A program made the translations under genes and the position numbers. Positions 11,336 to 20,769 of a stretch of 64,000 nucleotides of DNA are shown here, one piece after another (positions within the stretch are counted from its first letter, which is position 1; the number at the start of each line of letters is the position of its first letter). A model generated the notes under the pieces. That model saw only the letters and a list, made by a program, of their open reading frames with translations. It did not search any database and had not been told where the DNA came from. This DNA is from Bdellovibrionales bacterium (GTDB taxonomy: Bacteria; Bdellovibrionota; Bdellovibrionia; Bdellovibrionales; UBA1609), in NCBI GenBank assembly GCA_965116175.1, contig OZ220490.1:955537-1019536 (forward strand). Reading direction: 5' to 3'.

Positions 11336-13600
11336 TTATAAGCCTTTAGGCGAATCTGCTTTTGTTTTCATATCTTCATCACTTTCTGGTTTAGGAGGCA
11401 AACCTGCGTCTTTCATACCTATACCCTCTTCTAACTGAGACGGACCGGCTTTTTTCCTAAGCTCCTCCAACTCCTCAGGACTCATGCCACACTTAGTTTC
11501 ATCCTCACTGCAAAATATATAACCCAATTCATAATGTAGACGAATAAGATCTACATCCTCATCATTCATAGGAATTAAGTCCGCTATTGAAGGAGGTTTT
11601 TTCTTCTCTCCAGCAACAGCCCTATAAGCCTTTCGGAAAAGTTTTCTTGCTTTTTTCCCAGTATCCCTATAAGCTCTCTCCACTTTCAGTTTAGACCTCT
11701 TAAAAAAACCCGACAAACCAGAGCCAGCCTCTGCATCCTCCCTAGCTCTTCTCTTCTGCTCCTCAGCCTCTTTAGCCAACTCCCTTTCCATCTCCTTCCG
11801 CTTTAAGTCATCACTGTGCTTTCCCTCATACCAATCCCCCACATCCATCCACTTGTTATAATCCTTTGGCTCCGGAAAAGGACTCCCCTCAGGGCATATA
11901 CCCATACAGGGGGGAAGTTCAGCAGACTTCTTATCACCCTCTCCCTCCTCTTGGGGGGAGGCTTTAGCTCTCTTATCATCATCAGAAGCATACTCAGGAG
12001 GGGCCTCATATTCTCTTTTAGAATCCCCTAAATTCTTATTAATGGATGTAGATGCATCATCAAAGTCTTTAATGCCATACTCCTCCTCCTTTGCAACACC
12101 AGGCAAAGGAAGATTATTATTCACAGAGCTTGGCTTTGATCCCCTCCTTAAACTGGGATCACCAGAACCATAAGTGTTAGGGGGAGAAAGACTGGCTATT
12201 CCCCCCTGCTGCTGAGCGGCTCTTTGCTCCTGAGCCTGATAACATAACTTTTGAGCTTTAGCCCTAGCACTGGCCTGCCTTTGACCTGCATTCCTCTTCA
12301 ATGCCTCTAAAGGGTCTGAACAGCGGGCTATCTCATCTGTTGTGGAATCCAGACTGAGACTGGCCTGCTTGTTTCTTCTTCTGCTGTATTCTCTGTAAGC
12401 TGTTTGAATAGATTTTATATGGTTTAGGCAGGAGGGAATATGAGCATCAACTAAAATCTTTGGAACAACAAAACACTTTAAAAAAGCCTCTTTAAAATCT
12501 TTCAGCTCCGTTTCACAATCTGAGCCTGAGCTTTCACACCTTTTTACAGACTGCTCGCAGATGTTTCTCCTCTCCTCTAAAATCCCTGTCTCCATAGACT
12601 GAAGATTAGGGCTTCCTGAGGCGCAGACATCACCACCACCACTTCCCGCATCACTGACATAAGATTGAATCTGGCTTTTGTATTTGGCTTTCTCATTCCC
12701 GTCTAAGTATTCACAGCTTTCAACATCATTGCAGCAGACTGCTGTTTTTTTCTCTTCCGCAGAGCATATCCCAAAAAGACTTTGCGAAAGCTCCTCCTGA
12801 GATATGTTTCGGACAGCAGGAAGCTTCATTTTTAAATCCGCAACACATTCTGTAGACATAGAGCAAATCTGAGGCAAACTTGCAATATGATCAAAAATCT
12901 CTTGATTGTCCTCAAAGAAATCCTTAACAAACTCCTTCCTCTCATAACAATCGCTGCTATATTCTGCCAAACCTTTCAGTAAAGGCTCAAGGGGCTTTCC
13001 CTGTATATTGTGATCACCATAAGAGGCAAACACTGTTTTTACACAGCTTTCAAAATCGGCAAATTCATCAAAAAACTCCTTCATCCCTGTTATCATATTA
13101 GGCCACTCCTCGTGATAGCCTGCATTTTGAAAGCTATCCTTTAAACCGGGAGCCCTAGAGAGAAACTTATTTATGGCTTTATATAAATCCAAGTAATCTC
13201 TTTTTAAAAGGCTTTTACATCTTATCTGCAAGCCTTGAACACTGTTCATGGTTTGACCATAAGCGGATTTGTTAAAATACCCCTCCACAGCTCTTGTAAA
13301 GGAATCATACTGCTCAGGGCATTCTTTTAAAAAAGCCTGGCTGATTGATTGTCCGTGGTCAAAACGATAAACAACATCACCACCGCCATACATCCCGCTG
13401 GAAGTCTCTCTTGTGTAATGCGATTTTAGGCTTTCTCCAAAATTGTCGGTTGTATGTCCTTTATTATAACCTGAAATGTTGTCACCCTCAAGACCATAAC
13501 TATAGCAGGAAAAAGCAATCACTAAAGTTAAAGCAGCATTTTTAATAAGTTTAAACTTATTAAATTTAAAGAGTTTTTGATAGAATATATACAGATTCAC
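11336..13600 (-). CDS. Large secreted Cys-rich hypothetical protein, copy 1
   Basis: 754 aa, signal-like N-terminus, many Cys, low-complexity charged C-terminal third; paralog at 53657-55921. Confidence 0.85.
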   Translation of the reverse strand: MNLYIFYQKLFKFNKFKLIKNAALTLVIAFSCYSYGLEGDNISGYNKGHTTDNFGESLKSHYTRETSSGMYGGGDVVYRFDHGQSISQAFLKECPEQYDSFTRAVEGYFNKSAYGQTMNSVQGLQIRCKSLLKRDYLDLYKAINKFLSRAPGLKDSFQNAGYHEEWPNMITGMKEFFDEFADFESCVKTVFASYGDHNIQGKPLEPLLKGLAEYSSDCYERKEFVKDFFEDNQEIFDHIASLPQICSMSTECVADLKMKLPAVRNISQEELSQSLFGICSAEEKKTAVCCNDVESCEYLDGNEKAKYKSQIQSYVSDAGSGGGDVCASGSPNLQSMETGILEERRNICEQSVKRCESSGSDCETELKDFKEAFLKCFVVPKILVDAHIPSCLNHIKSIQTAYREYSRRRNKQASLSLDSTTDEIARCSDPLEALKRNAGQRQASARAKAQKLCYQAQEQRAAQQQGGIASLSPPNTYGSGDPSLRRGSKPSSVNNNLPLPGVAKEEEYGIKDFDDASTSINKNLGDSKREYEAPPEYASDDDKRAKASPQEEGEGDKKSAELPPCMGICPEGSPFPEPKDYNKWMDVGDWYEGKHSDDLKRKEMERELAKEAEEQKRRAREDAEAGSGLSGFFKRSKLKVERAYRDTGKKARKLFRKAYRAVAGEKKKPPSIADLIPMNDEDVDLIRLHYELGYIFCSEDETKCGMSPEELEELRKKAGPSQLEEGIGMKDAGLPPKPESDEDMKTKADSPKGL

Positions 13601-13864
13601 AAATTACCCCCTTTTTTAATAAAACACCATTTTTAAGCCCTCTTAGATTTCAGCCAATTATTAAAGCTTAAAGCATTTTTTGTTTTTTCTCAAATTTTTT
13701 TTAGTTTTTTGTTTAAAAAAACTGTCCGTTTTTTTGCGGTTTTTATCTCATTTTGTAACTTTTTATAAAATTTCCTTTAAATAGGGAGTTTGCTATTGCT
13801 TTTTTAAGTGATTTAGGCTAGTAATAAAAACATAATTTGTAAAACACAAAAAGGGGAGGGTTTT

Positions 13865-14713
13865 ATGTTTAAATATTTTGGTATTCTTTTAATCTTTATT
13901 TTGCCCTCTTTAAGCTTTTCCCAAAATTACCGCAGGGGCAACCATACATGTACTAACTTTAAAGAAGCAAGGGAATGGTATAGAAATGAGCCGGATAATA
14001 ATTATGCAAAAAAATCCTATGCAGAGTGCCTTATTACAAAGGGAGAGGACGCAAAAGGCTTCAGTATACTTCAGGCAATAATAGGGCAACGAAATGATGT
14101 AAGTGCTGCTTTCATGCTAGCGCAGTATATAGAAACCAATGGAAGGCTTGACAGCTCTATAGATGAAGACTCAGTTGATGAGGCGATAGCAGCTTACTTA
14201 CAGGTTTTAACCTTTATTGAGGTGTCTCCTAATTACCCCCGTAATGGCTTCTGGCACACTGAAAAGAACCGTCAAATGGAGTTAAGCTCTCATTATAGTG
14301 TGGCTGCAATATATGGTGTTAAATATAAAACAGGGTTTACAAGCTCAAGCAATGAGTATATGGGCCGTTCAGCAGACGCTTATCCTGAATATAGCCGCCA
14401 TACAACAGACAGCCTTAAACAAATGCTTCATTATGCGGAAAGATGTTTAGCTCTTCCTAAAAAACCCCACTTTGACCCTGTTTTATACAGAGAGTATAAA
14501 GCAGCCTGTCAGGTGTTAAAAGACGTAACTCATGAGATTTTGCCCCTTGAAGATAAAAGATTATTTTATCTTGGTCAGTACTCCTGTAGGACTAATTCAT
14601 CCAATTGTGATGGGTATAGTGCAGTTGAAGATGAAATAAATTTTGTGATAGAACAGGGTATTGCTGAGTTAAGGAAAATTTTTAATTCCACATCTCATGC
14701 CAGTGCTCAGTAA
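13865..14713 (+). CDS. Secreted helical-repeat (Sel1/TPR-like) protein, paralog 1
   Basis: RBS GGGGAGGG, signal peptide, Sel1-like AAFMLAQYIE..G and EAIAAY; the Sel1 assignment is inference. Confidence 0.8.
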   Translation: MFKYFGILLIFILPSLSFSQNYRRGNHTCTNFKEAREWYRNEPDNNYAKKSYAECLITKGEDAKGFSILQAIIGQRNDVSAAFMLAQYIETNGRLDSSIDEDSVDEAIAAYLQVLTFIEVSPNYPRNGFWHTEKNRQMELSSHYSVAAIYGVKYKTGFTSSSNEYMGRSADAYPEYSRHTTDSLKQMLHYAERCLALPKKPHFDPVLYREYKAACQVLKDVTHEILPLEDKRLFYLGQYSCRTNSSNCDGYSAVEDEINFVIEQGIAELRKIFNSTSHASAQ

Positions 14714-15290
14714 ATCTTCAGCTTTTTTGTTTTTCTTTCCCCCTTAAAAGTTTAACTCTCTTTTTTTATCTAAACTAAATCTTTGTCTAAAACAGCTCTT
14801 CCTTAAACTATCTTGAAAAGTTTAAACATCTCACTTTTTTTCCTCTTTTGTTTTTCCTAGTCATTTCAACTAACTTAACTCCTATCACAGCAGGATTTTA
14901 AATTTAGCCTCACAACAGTAAGATTTTTTAATTCTACAGTTCAACCAGAATTCAGTAAATCTCCAGTTTTTTTTATTTTTCCTTCCCGCTTAAAAGTTTA
15001 ACCCTCTTGTTTTTCCCAAACTCCTATCACAGCAGGATTTTAAATTTAGCCTCACAACAGTAAGATTTTTAATTCGCCGGATGTGATGACGCACAGATGC
15101 CTGCTAAACCTTCTTTATTGCGACAGGAAAAAGTACTCTCTAATAGCTAGTGACAACATCCCAAATATATAAGCAGTAACAACTTCTCAATTCAATTAAC
15201 TTTTAAAAATATTTATTTTTTTGTCCTTAAATTTCCTTTTTATAAAATCAGCTTTTATTCAACCCACTTAAAAATTTAACTCCCCTAATT
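14714..15290. repeat. Mosaic repeat tract of shuffled blocks containing gene 3'-end fragments
   Basis: Two copies of CAGCAGGATTTTAAATTTAGCCTCACAACAGTAAGA plus blocks shared with 16275-17108 and 57052-57991. Confidence 0.85.
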
Positions 15291-15425
15291 TTTATTGCGG
15301 TTTTTATCTCATTTTGTAACTTTTTATAAAAATTCCTTTAAATAGCGGGATTGCTGTTGCTTTTTTAAGTGATTTCGGCTAGTAATAAAAACATAATTTG
15401 TAAGACACAAAAAGGGGAGGGTTTT

Positions 15426-16274
15426 ATGTTTAGGTTTCTTATTATATTTCTAATATTTGTTATATCTCCTTTAAGTTTTTCACAAAATTACCGCAGGGGC
15501 AACCAGCAATGTAGTGACTTTAAAAAAGCAAAAGAATGGTATAGAAATGAGCCGGATAATAATTATGCAAAAAAAGCCTATGCAGAGTGCCTTATGGCAA
15601 AGGGAGAGGGTGCAAAAGGCTTCAGTATACTTCAGGCCATAATAAGAAAACATAATGATGTAAGCGCCGCTTTCGTGCTAGCGCACTATATAGAAAGTGG
15701 TGGAAGGCTTGACAGCTCTATAGATAAAGACACAATTGATGAGGCGATAGCAGCTTTTTTGCAGGTTTTAACCTTTATTGAGGTGTCTCGTGATTATCCT
15801 TATAATGGCTTCTGGCATACTGAAAAGAACCGTCAAATGGAGTTAAGGTCTCATTATAGTGTGGCTGCATTATATGGTGTTAAATATAAAACAGGGTTTA
15901 CAAGCTCAAGCAATGAGTATATGGGCCGTTCAGCAGACGCTTATCCTGAATATAGCCTCCATACAAAAGACAGCCTTAAAAAAACGCTTCATTATGCGGA
16001 AAGATGTTTAGCTCTTCCTAAAAAACCCCACTTTGACCCTGCTTTATACAGAGAGAACAAAGCAGCCTGTCAGGTGTTAAAAGACGTAACTCATGAGCTT
16101 TTGCCCCTTGAAGATAAAAGATTATTTTATCTTGGTCAGTACTCCTGTAGGGCTAATTCATCCAATTGTGATGGATACAGTGAAGTTGAAGATGAAATAA
16201 ATTTTGTGATAGAACAGGGTATTGCTGAGTTAAGGAAAATTTTTAATTCTACAGCTCAAGCCAGCAATCAGTAA
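15426..16274 (+). CDS. Secreted Sel1/TPR-like protein, paralog 2
   Basis: ATG at 15426 follows the same GGGGAGGG RBS (ORF track starts at 15369); highly similar to paralog 1. Confidence 0.8.
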   Translation: MFRFLIIFLIFVISPLSFSQNYRRGNQQCSDFKKAKEWYRNEPDNNYAKKAYAECLMAKGEGAKGFSILQAIIRKHNDVSAAFVLAHYIESGGRLDSSIDKDTIDEAIAAFLQVLTFIEVSRDYPYNGFWHTEKNRQMELRSHYSVAALYGVKYKTGFTSSSNEYMGRSADAYPEYSLHTKDSLKKTLHYAERCLALPKKPHFDPALYRENKAACQVLKDVTHELLPLEDKRLFYLGQYSCRANSSNCDGYSEVEDEINFVIEQGIAELRKIFNSTAQASNQ

Positions 16275-17108
16275 ATCTTAAATTTTTTTGCTTTTCTTTC
16301 CCGCTTAAAAGTTTAACTCTTTTGTTTTTCCCAGTCATTTCAACTCATTAACACCTATCACAGCAGGATTTTAAATTTGGCCTCACATCAGTAAGATATT
16401 TTTAATTCTACAGTTCAAGCCAGTGCTCAGTAAACCTCCAGTTTTTTTGCTTTTCTTTCCCGCTTAAAAGTTTAACTCCCTTGTTTTATCTAAACTAAAT
16501 CTTTGTCTAAAACAGCTCTTCCTTAAACTATCTTGAAAAGTTTAAACATCTCATTTTTTTCCTCTTTTGTTTTTCCCAGTCATTTCAACTAACTTAACTC
16601 CTATCACAGCAGGATTTTAAATTTAGCCTCACAACAGTAAGATTTTTTAATTCTACAGTTCAACCAGAATTCAGTAAATCTCCAGTTTTTTTTATTTTTC
16701 CTTCCCGCTTAAAAGTTTAACCCTCTTGTTTTTCCCAAACTCCTATCACGTAGGATTTTAAATTTAGCCTCACAACAGTAAGTATTTTAATTCTACAGCT
16801 CAAGCCAGTGCTCAGTAAATCTTCAAATTTTTCCTCTCTTTTGTTTTTTCCAGTCATTTCAACTCACTAACACCTATCACAGCAGGATTTTAAATTGAGC
16901 TTCTTCACAACAGTAAGATTTTTTAATTATGAGCTTTGACTGACGGATGCTCTGTTAATTTTTCTTTATTGCAACAGAAATTGCGACAGGAAAGAAAAGA
17001 CTCTCTAATAAGCAATAACAACTTCCCAATTAAACTAACTTTTCAAATGTTTATTTTTTCTCTTTTGTTTTTCCCAGTCATTTCAACTCATTAACTCCTA
17101 TAAAATTA
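16275..17108. repeat. Mosaic repeat tract (four core units)
   Basis: Core units at ~16362, 16607, 16750 and 16880; CCCAGTCATTTCAACT...CCTATCA blocks recur. Confidence 0.85.
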
Positions 17109-17207
17109 GGCTTAAGTTGTCATGAACCAAAAATAAAATCAATAAAGTTCTCATAATCTGCCATTTAATTTTGTCTTAAAAACTATAAGTTCAAAATAAT
17201 AAAATTA
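17074..17207. repeat. Right arm of the 134-bp inverted repeat; contains IS1595-like end GGCTTAAGTTGTCATGAACC (17109-17128)
   Basis: Reverse complement of 9927-10060; ends 8 bp from the nusG stop codon. Confidence 0.95.
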
Positions 17208-17215
17208 AATTTACC

Positions 17216-17752
17216 CTAATTTTCCCTATGCACCTGAGAGAAATCAAATTCAACAGGCGTGGGCCTTCCAAAAATACTTACAGAAACCTTTACACGACCT
17301 TTTTCCTGATTAACTTCCTCCACTGTTCCATTAAAATTTTTAAAGGGGCCATCAATAACCAAAACAGTTTCTCCTTCAGAAAAAGAAACCTGAGCCTGAG
17401 GGTTAGCCAGGCTTTCCTCAATCTGCTGTCCAATAACATCCAGCTGTTCCTTTGGAACCTCTACAGGTTGAAATCGACTCCCAATAAAATGACTCACATG
17501 AGAGAGAGTTTTTATAGTATAGGAAAGCTGTTCACTTAATTTCATTTGAACAAAAATATAGCCTGGATATATTTTTTTTGAGCGGGTGACCTTCTTGCCT
17601 TTCACCACTTGAATAACATCTCTTTCAGGGATGAGAATATCACCTATTTGATCACCAAGATTCTTTGTTTTAACCAACTCCTCAATCATCTGTTTGGCAC
17701 GAGCTTCACAATTGGTTCTTGTTTTTAGAATGTACCACTTAAAATCTTCCAT
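17216..17752 (-). CDS. nusG: Transcription termination/antitermination factor NusG
   Basis: KWYILKT, YPGYIFV, KOW motif DGPFKNFNGTV, IFGRPTPVE; ATG at 17752 follows GAGGTGGAG. Confidence 0.98.
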   Translation of the reverse strand: MEDFKWYILKTRTNCEARAKQMIEELVKTKNLGDQIGDILIPERDVIQVVKGKKVTRSKKIYPGYIFVQMKLSEQLSYTIKTLSHVSHFIGSRFQPVEVPKEQLDVIGQQIEESLANPQAQVSFSEGETVLVIDGPFKNFNGTVEEVNQEKGRVKVSVSIFGRPTPVEFDFSQVHREN

Positions 17753-17772
17753 TGAAAACTCCACCTCTAAAA

Positions 17773-18153
17773 TCAATCCATGAAAAAACGGACACTTGTG
17801 CCAGCGATTAAATCAAAGGCACCTAAAACCAAGCCTGAAACAATTAAAATAATACAAACCAGAGTGGTCATAGAGTAAAGCTCCTTTTTTCCCGGCCAAA
17901 CCACTTTCTTAACTTCTGTCACCACTTCATCAGCCAATTTCTGATAAGGTTTATGCAGCTGAAAAATAAGGAACATACCCACACCAGCAACAATAGGGAC
18001 TCCATGACGATAAACATCCATACTGTATAAATTGGCAAAAAAACCAAAAGCCACAGAGAGAGTCTCAAAAACAACCCTGGCAACAAAAGCTGACAAAAAG
18101 GACAGCCCTATAAAACTGACTGTAACAATTTTTAAATTTTCTGCCTTAATCAT
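17773..18153 (-). CDS. secE: Preprotein translocase subunit SecE
   Basis: EVKKVVWP motif, three hydrophobic segments, directly upstream of nusG. Confidence 0.95.
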   Translation of the reverse strand: MIKAENLKIVTVSFIGLSFLSAFVARVVFETLSVAFGFFANLYSMDVYRHGVPIVAGVGMFLIFQLHKPYQKLADEVVTEVKKVVWPGKKELYSMTTLVCIILIVSGLVLGAFDLIAGTSVRFFMD

Positions 18154-18266
18154 TGTGAAGCTCCAGAAATAATGTAAAAACTCAGAAGTAAATAATTTAT
18201 AAAACCCTTCCTAGTTATTGAAATTTTCCTCTCCAGTCAAGAAACAAACAGAAAAACAACTTTTTT

Positions 18267-18482
18267 TGTACCAATTTTATTTGAAATTTGAGGTTTTTCA
18301 GAGAAAGAGTGTATAATTGCATTCATTAGAGTAAAAGGGTCAAAAGTGAGTTCGGCTTTGAGCACAAAGCGGCTAAGAGGTGCTTTGTGGCAAAACGTAT
18401 GTTTGAAACTTTTGTCCCTTTTACTCTAATGAAGGATAATTTTTATTCAATAAAACCTCAAAATTCAAATAAAATTGGTACA
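18267..18482. mobile_element. MITE-like nested palindrome, family A (216 bp)
   Basis: Outer IR TGTACCAATTTTATTTGAAATTTGAGGTTT / AAACCTCAAAATTCAAATAAAATTGGTACA; inner IR TTCATTAGAGTAAAAGGG / CCCTTTTACTCTAATGAA. Confidence 0.75.
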
Positions 18483-18734
18483 TTAATCATAAGAAGTAAA
18501 TATAAAAAACAACAGTTTTCAACAGGTCATAAAATCCCTCTATGCGCCCAAGGTTAATAACATACAGCGTTAAAAATTCAAATACAAGTCTTATTATAAA
18601 ATAAATTTTTTGTTGCTTTTGGCTATCAAAGCGCCGGCATACGAATCTTTAAATTTGTTTTTTTCTTTTAAAAAATTTTCTGGAAAAGCCTTTTTTCAAA
18701 TGATACTTTTCAAAAATCAACAGAAAGGAGAACT

Positions 18735-20021
18735 ATGCTTACCAAAAAAATTAAAGAACCTCCTGTTTCCCTCTCCCATGCCTTTTTATATTGGAAAAAA
18801 GAAGGCTATATGGAACAAAAAGAAATCAATAATTTTCTAAGCATTGGAAGAGAAGGGACAAATCTTCTCATTTTAGATGACAATTTTGTTTCCCGCAGCC
18901 ATGCCCGTATTGAAAAAAGAACAGATAAGGGGGTTTACATTTTGAGAGATATAAATAGTCAAAATGGTGTTTTTCTAAATGGTTCAAGAGTTCATCAGGC
19001 TATACTCAACAACAACGACAACATTCAGATTGGTAAAACCCAATTCACCTTTTCTTTTGAAAGATATAACTACAAATGGAAGATGATTTCCCAAAGCTAT
19101 AACAAAAAATGGAATGAAAGTTTAAGCCGTATTCCCCATCTTGCTCTAAGTGATGCTCCTATACTCATTTTAGGACCCTCCGGCAGTGGAAAAGAGCTTA
19201 TAGCTCAAATGATCCACAAGTTTTCTAAAAGAAGTAAAGAAAATATGGTTAACATCAATTGCAGCGCCTTAACAGAAAGCCTCGTTGAAAGTGAACTTTT
19301 TGGACATACAAAAGGCAGTTATACAGGCTCAGTAGGCAGCCGCAGGGGGGCTTTTGTAACAGCCAGTAAAGGAACGCTTTTTATGGATGAGATAGGAGAT
19401 CTTCCTTTACAGCTTCAACCTAAAATTTTAAGAGCTATTGAATACAAGGAAGTTAAACCAATAGGGAGCGACCTGCCCTTAAAAACAGATGTCCGGATTA
19501 TCTCAGCCACACATCAAGATCTCAAATCTAAAGCAGAAAAAAACGAATTCCGGAAAGACCTCTATTTTCGTTTGAATGTAATCAGCATTAATGTTCCTGC
19601 CCTTTCAGAGAGAATGGAGGATTTTGAATCCCTTTTTAGATATTTCTGTTTAATCTATGGAGTGACCTTTTCTAAAGAGGCTTTAAATATTTTAAAAAAA
19701 TACCATTGGCCAGGAAACATCAGAGAATTAAAAAATACCGTAGAAAGAGCCAAAGCTATGTTTCAATCTGATACTTTGGATAAAGAAAAGACTCTTATTA
19801 TTTTGGACAGTTTAGAAAAAGAACATAAGAAAAAGGAGTTGCCCCTTTGGCTTTTGGAAAAAAACTCTATTCTTAAGGCTCTAAAAATGTATCAAGGAAA
19901 TCAAAGCAAGGTCTCATGGTTACTGGATATACCCAGGAGCTCCCTCCATGATAAAATCAGGGAATACAAAATCAATGTTAAACAGTTCAAGCCAGTAAAA
20001 GAAAAACCAAAAAACAAATAA
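18735..20021 (+). CDS. FHA-domain sigma-54-dependent transcriptional activator
   Basis: FHA motifs (IGR, VSRSHA, SQNGVFLNG), Walker A GPSGSGKE, ESELFGH, GSYTGS (GAFTGA variant), WPGNIRELKN, C-terminal Fis-type HTH. Confidence 0.93.
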   Translation: MLTKKIKEPPVSLSHAFLYWKKEGYMEQKEINNFLSIGREGTNLLILDDNFVSRSHARIEKRTDKGVYILRDINSQNGVFLNGSRVHQAILNNNDNIQIGKTQFTFSFERYNYKWKMISQSYNKKWNESLSRIPHLALSDAPILILGPSGSGKELIAQMIHKFSKRSKENMVNINCSALTESLVESELFGHTKGSYTGSVGSRRGAFVTASKGTLFMDEIGDLPLQLQPKILRAIEYKEVKPIGSDLPLKTDVRIISATHQDLKSKAEKNEFRKDLYFRLNVISINVPALSERMEDFESLFRYFCLIYGVTFSKEALNILKKYHWPGNIRELKNTVERAKAMFQSDTLDKEKTLIILDSLEKEHKKKELPLWLLEKNSILKALKMYQGNQSKVSWLLDIPRSSLHDKIREYKINVKQFKPVKEKPKNK

Positions 20022-20125
20022 CTGCTGGATGCTTTTATTTTTTTATGCCATTTTATTGAATTTCTTTTATGTGGCTTTTTAGCTTTGCTTATAGTATCCT
20101 AACAAAAAGCAAATAAGGAGTATTA

Positions 20126-20749
20126 GTGAATAAATCAGTTACCCCTGTTTCAGATGAAATTTGGAGTCTTTTAAAAGAAAATAGCCAACAACTCAAAGAG
20201 CTAAGAGTCAGCCAAAAAGAAAACAGCCAACAACTCAAAGAGCTAAGAGTCAGCCAAAAAGAAACAGATAGACAAATGAGAAAAACAGATCGGCAGATAC
20301 AAAAAATAGGAGGCCGTTTTAATCAGCGTTGGGGGACTTTTGTTGAATCTTTAGTTTCTGGGAGTTTGGTAAAACTTCTTCAAAATTGGGGGATAGATAT
20401 TATACAAGTTCATACTCGTTCAGAAGCCCAATGGAAAAAGCCTGACGGCAGTATTCAAAAGCGAGAATTTAACATTATTGTCGCCAATGGAACAGAAGTT
20501 GCAGCTGTGGAAGTGAAAACCACTTTATATCCAAAAGATGTAAAAACTTTTTTAGAAACATTAAAAGACTTTAGAAAATATTTTCCACGATATAAATCTG
20601 AAACAATTTATGGGGCTGTAGCTTATTTAACAAGTGAAGATAAGGCTCATGTTGTTTCTGAAGAAAATGGTCTCTTTGTTATCCGCGCTGCTGGGGACAG
20701 CGCCATTATTACCAACAAAAAAGATTTTAAGCCCAAAGCTTTTTCTTAA
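20126..20749 (+). CDS. Coiled-coil + PD-(D/E)XK nuclease-like protein
   Basis: Two KENSQQLKELRVSQ repeats, then WGTFVE...EFNIIV...VEVKT; paralog at 41201. Confidence 0.75.
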   Translation: MNKSVTPVSDEIWSLLKENSQQLKELRVSQKENSQQLKELRVSQKETDRQMRKTDRQIQKIGGRFNQRWGTFVESLVSGSLVKLLQNWGIDIIQVHTRSEAQWKKPDGSIQKREFNIIVANGTEVAAVEVKTTLYPKDVKTFLETLKDFRKYFPRYKSETIYGAVAYLTSEDKAHVVSEENGLFVIRAAGDSAIITNKKDFKPKAFS

Positions 20750-20769
20750 ACATTAAATTTTTAAAGAGT

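Noticed and set aside
13865-16274. Diversity-generating retroelement acting on the paralogs
   Set aside because: No reverse transcriptase in the window, and differences are block-wise rather than adenine-specific.
14714-17108. CRISPR array in the repeat tracts
   Set aside because: Sequences between the repeats are themselves repeated, the period is irregular, and no cas genes are present.
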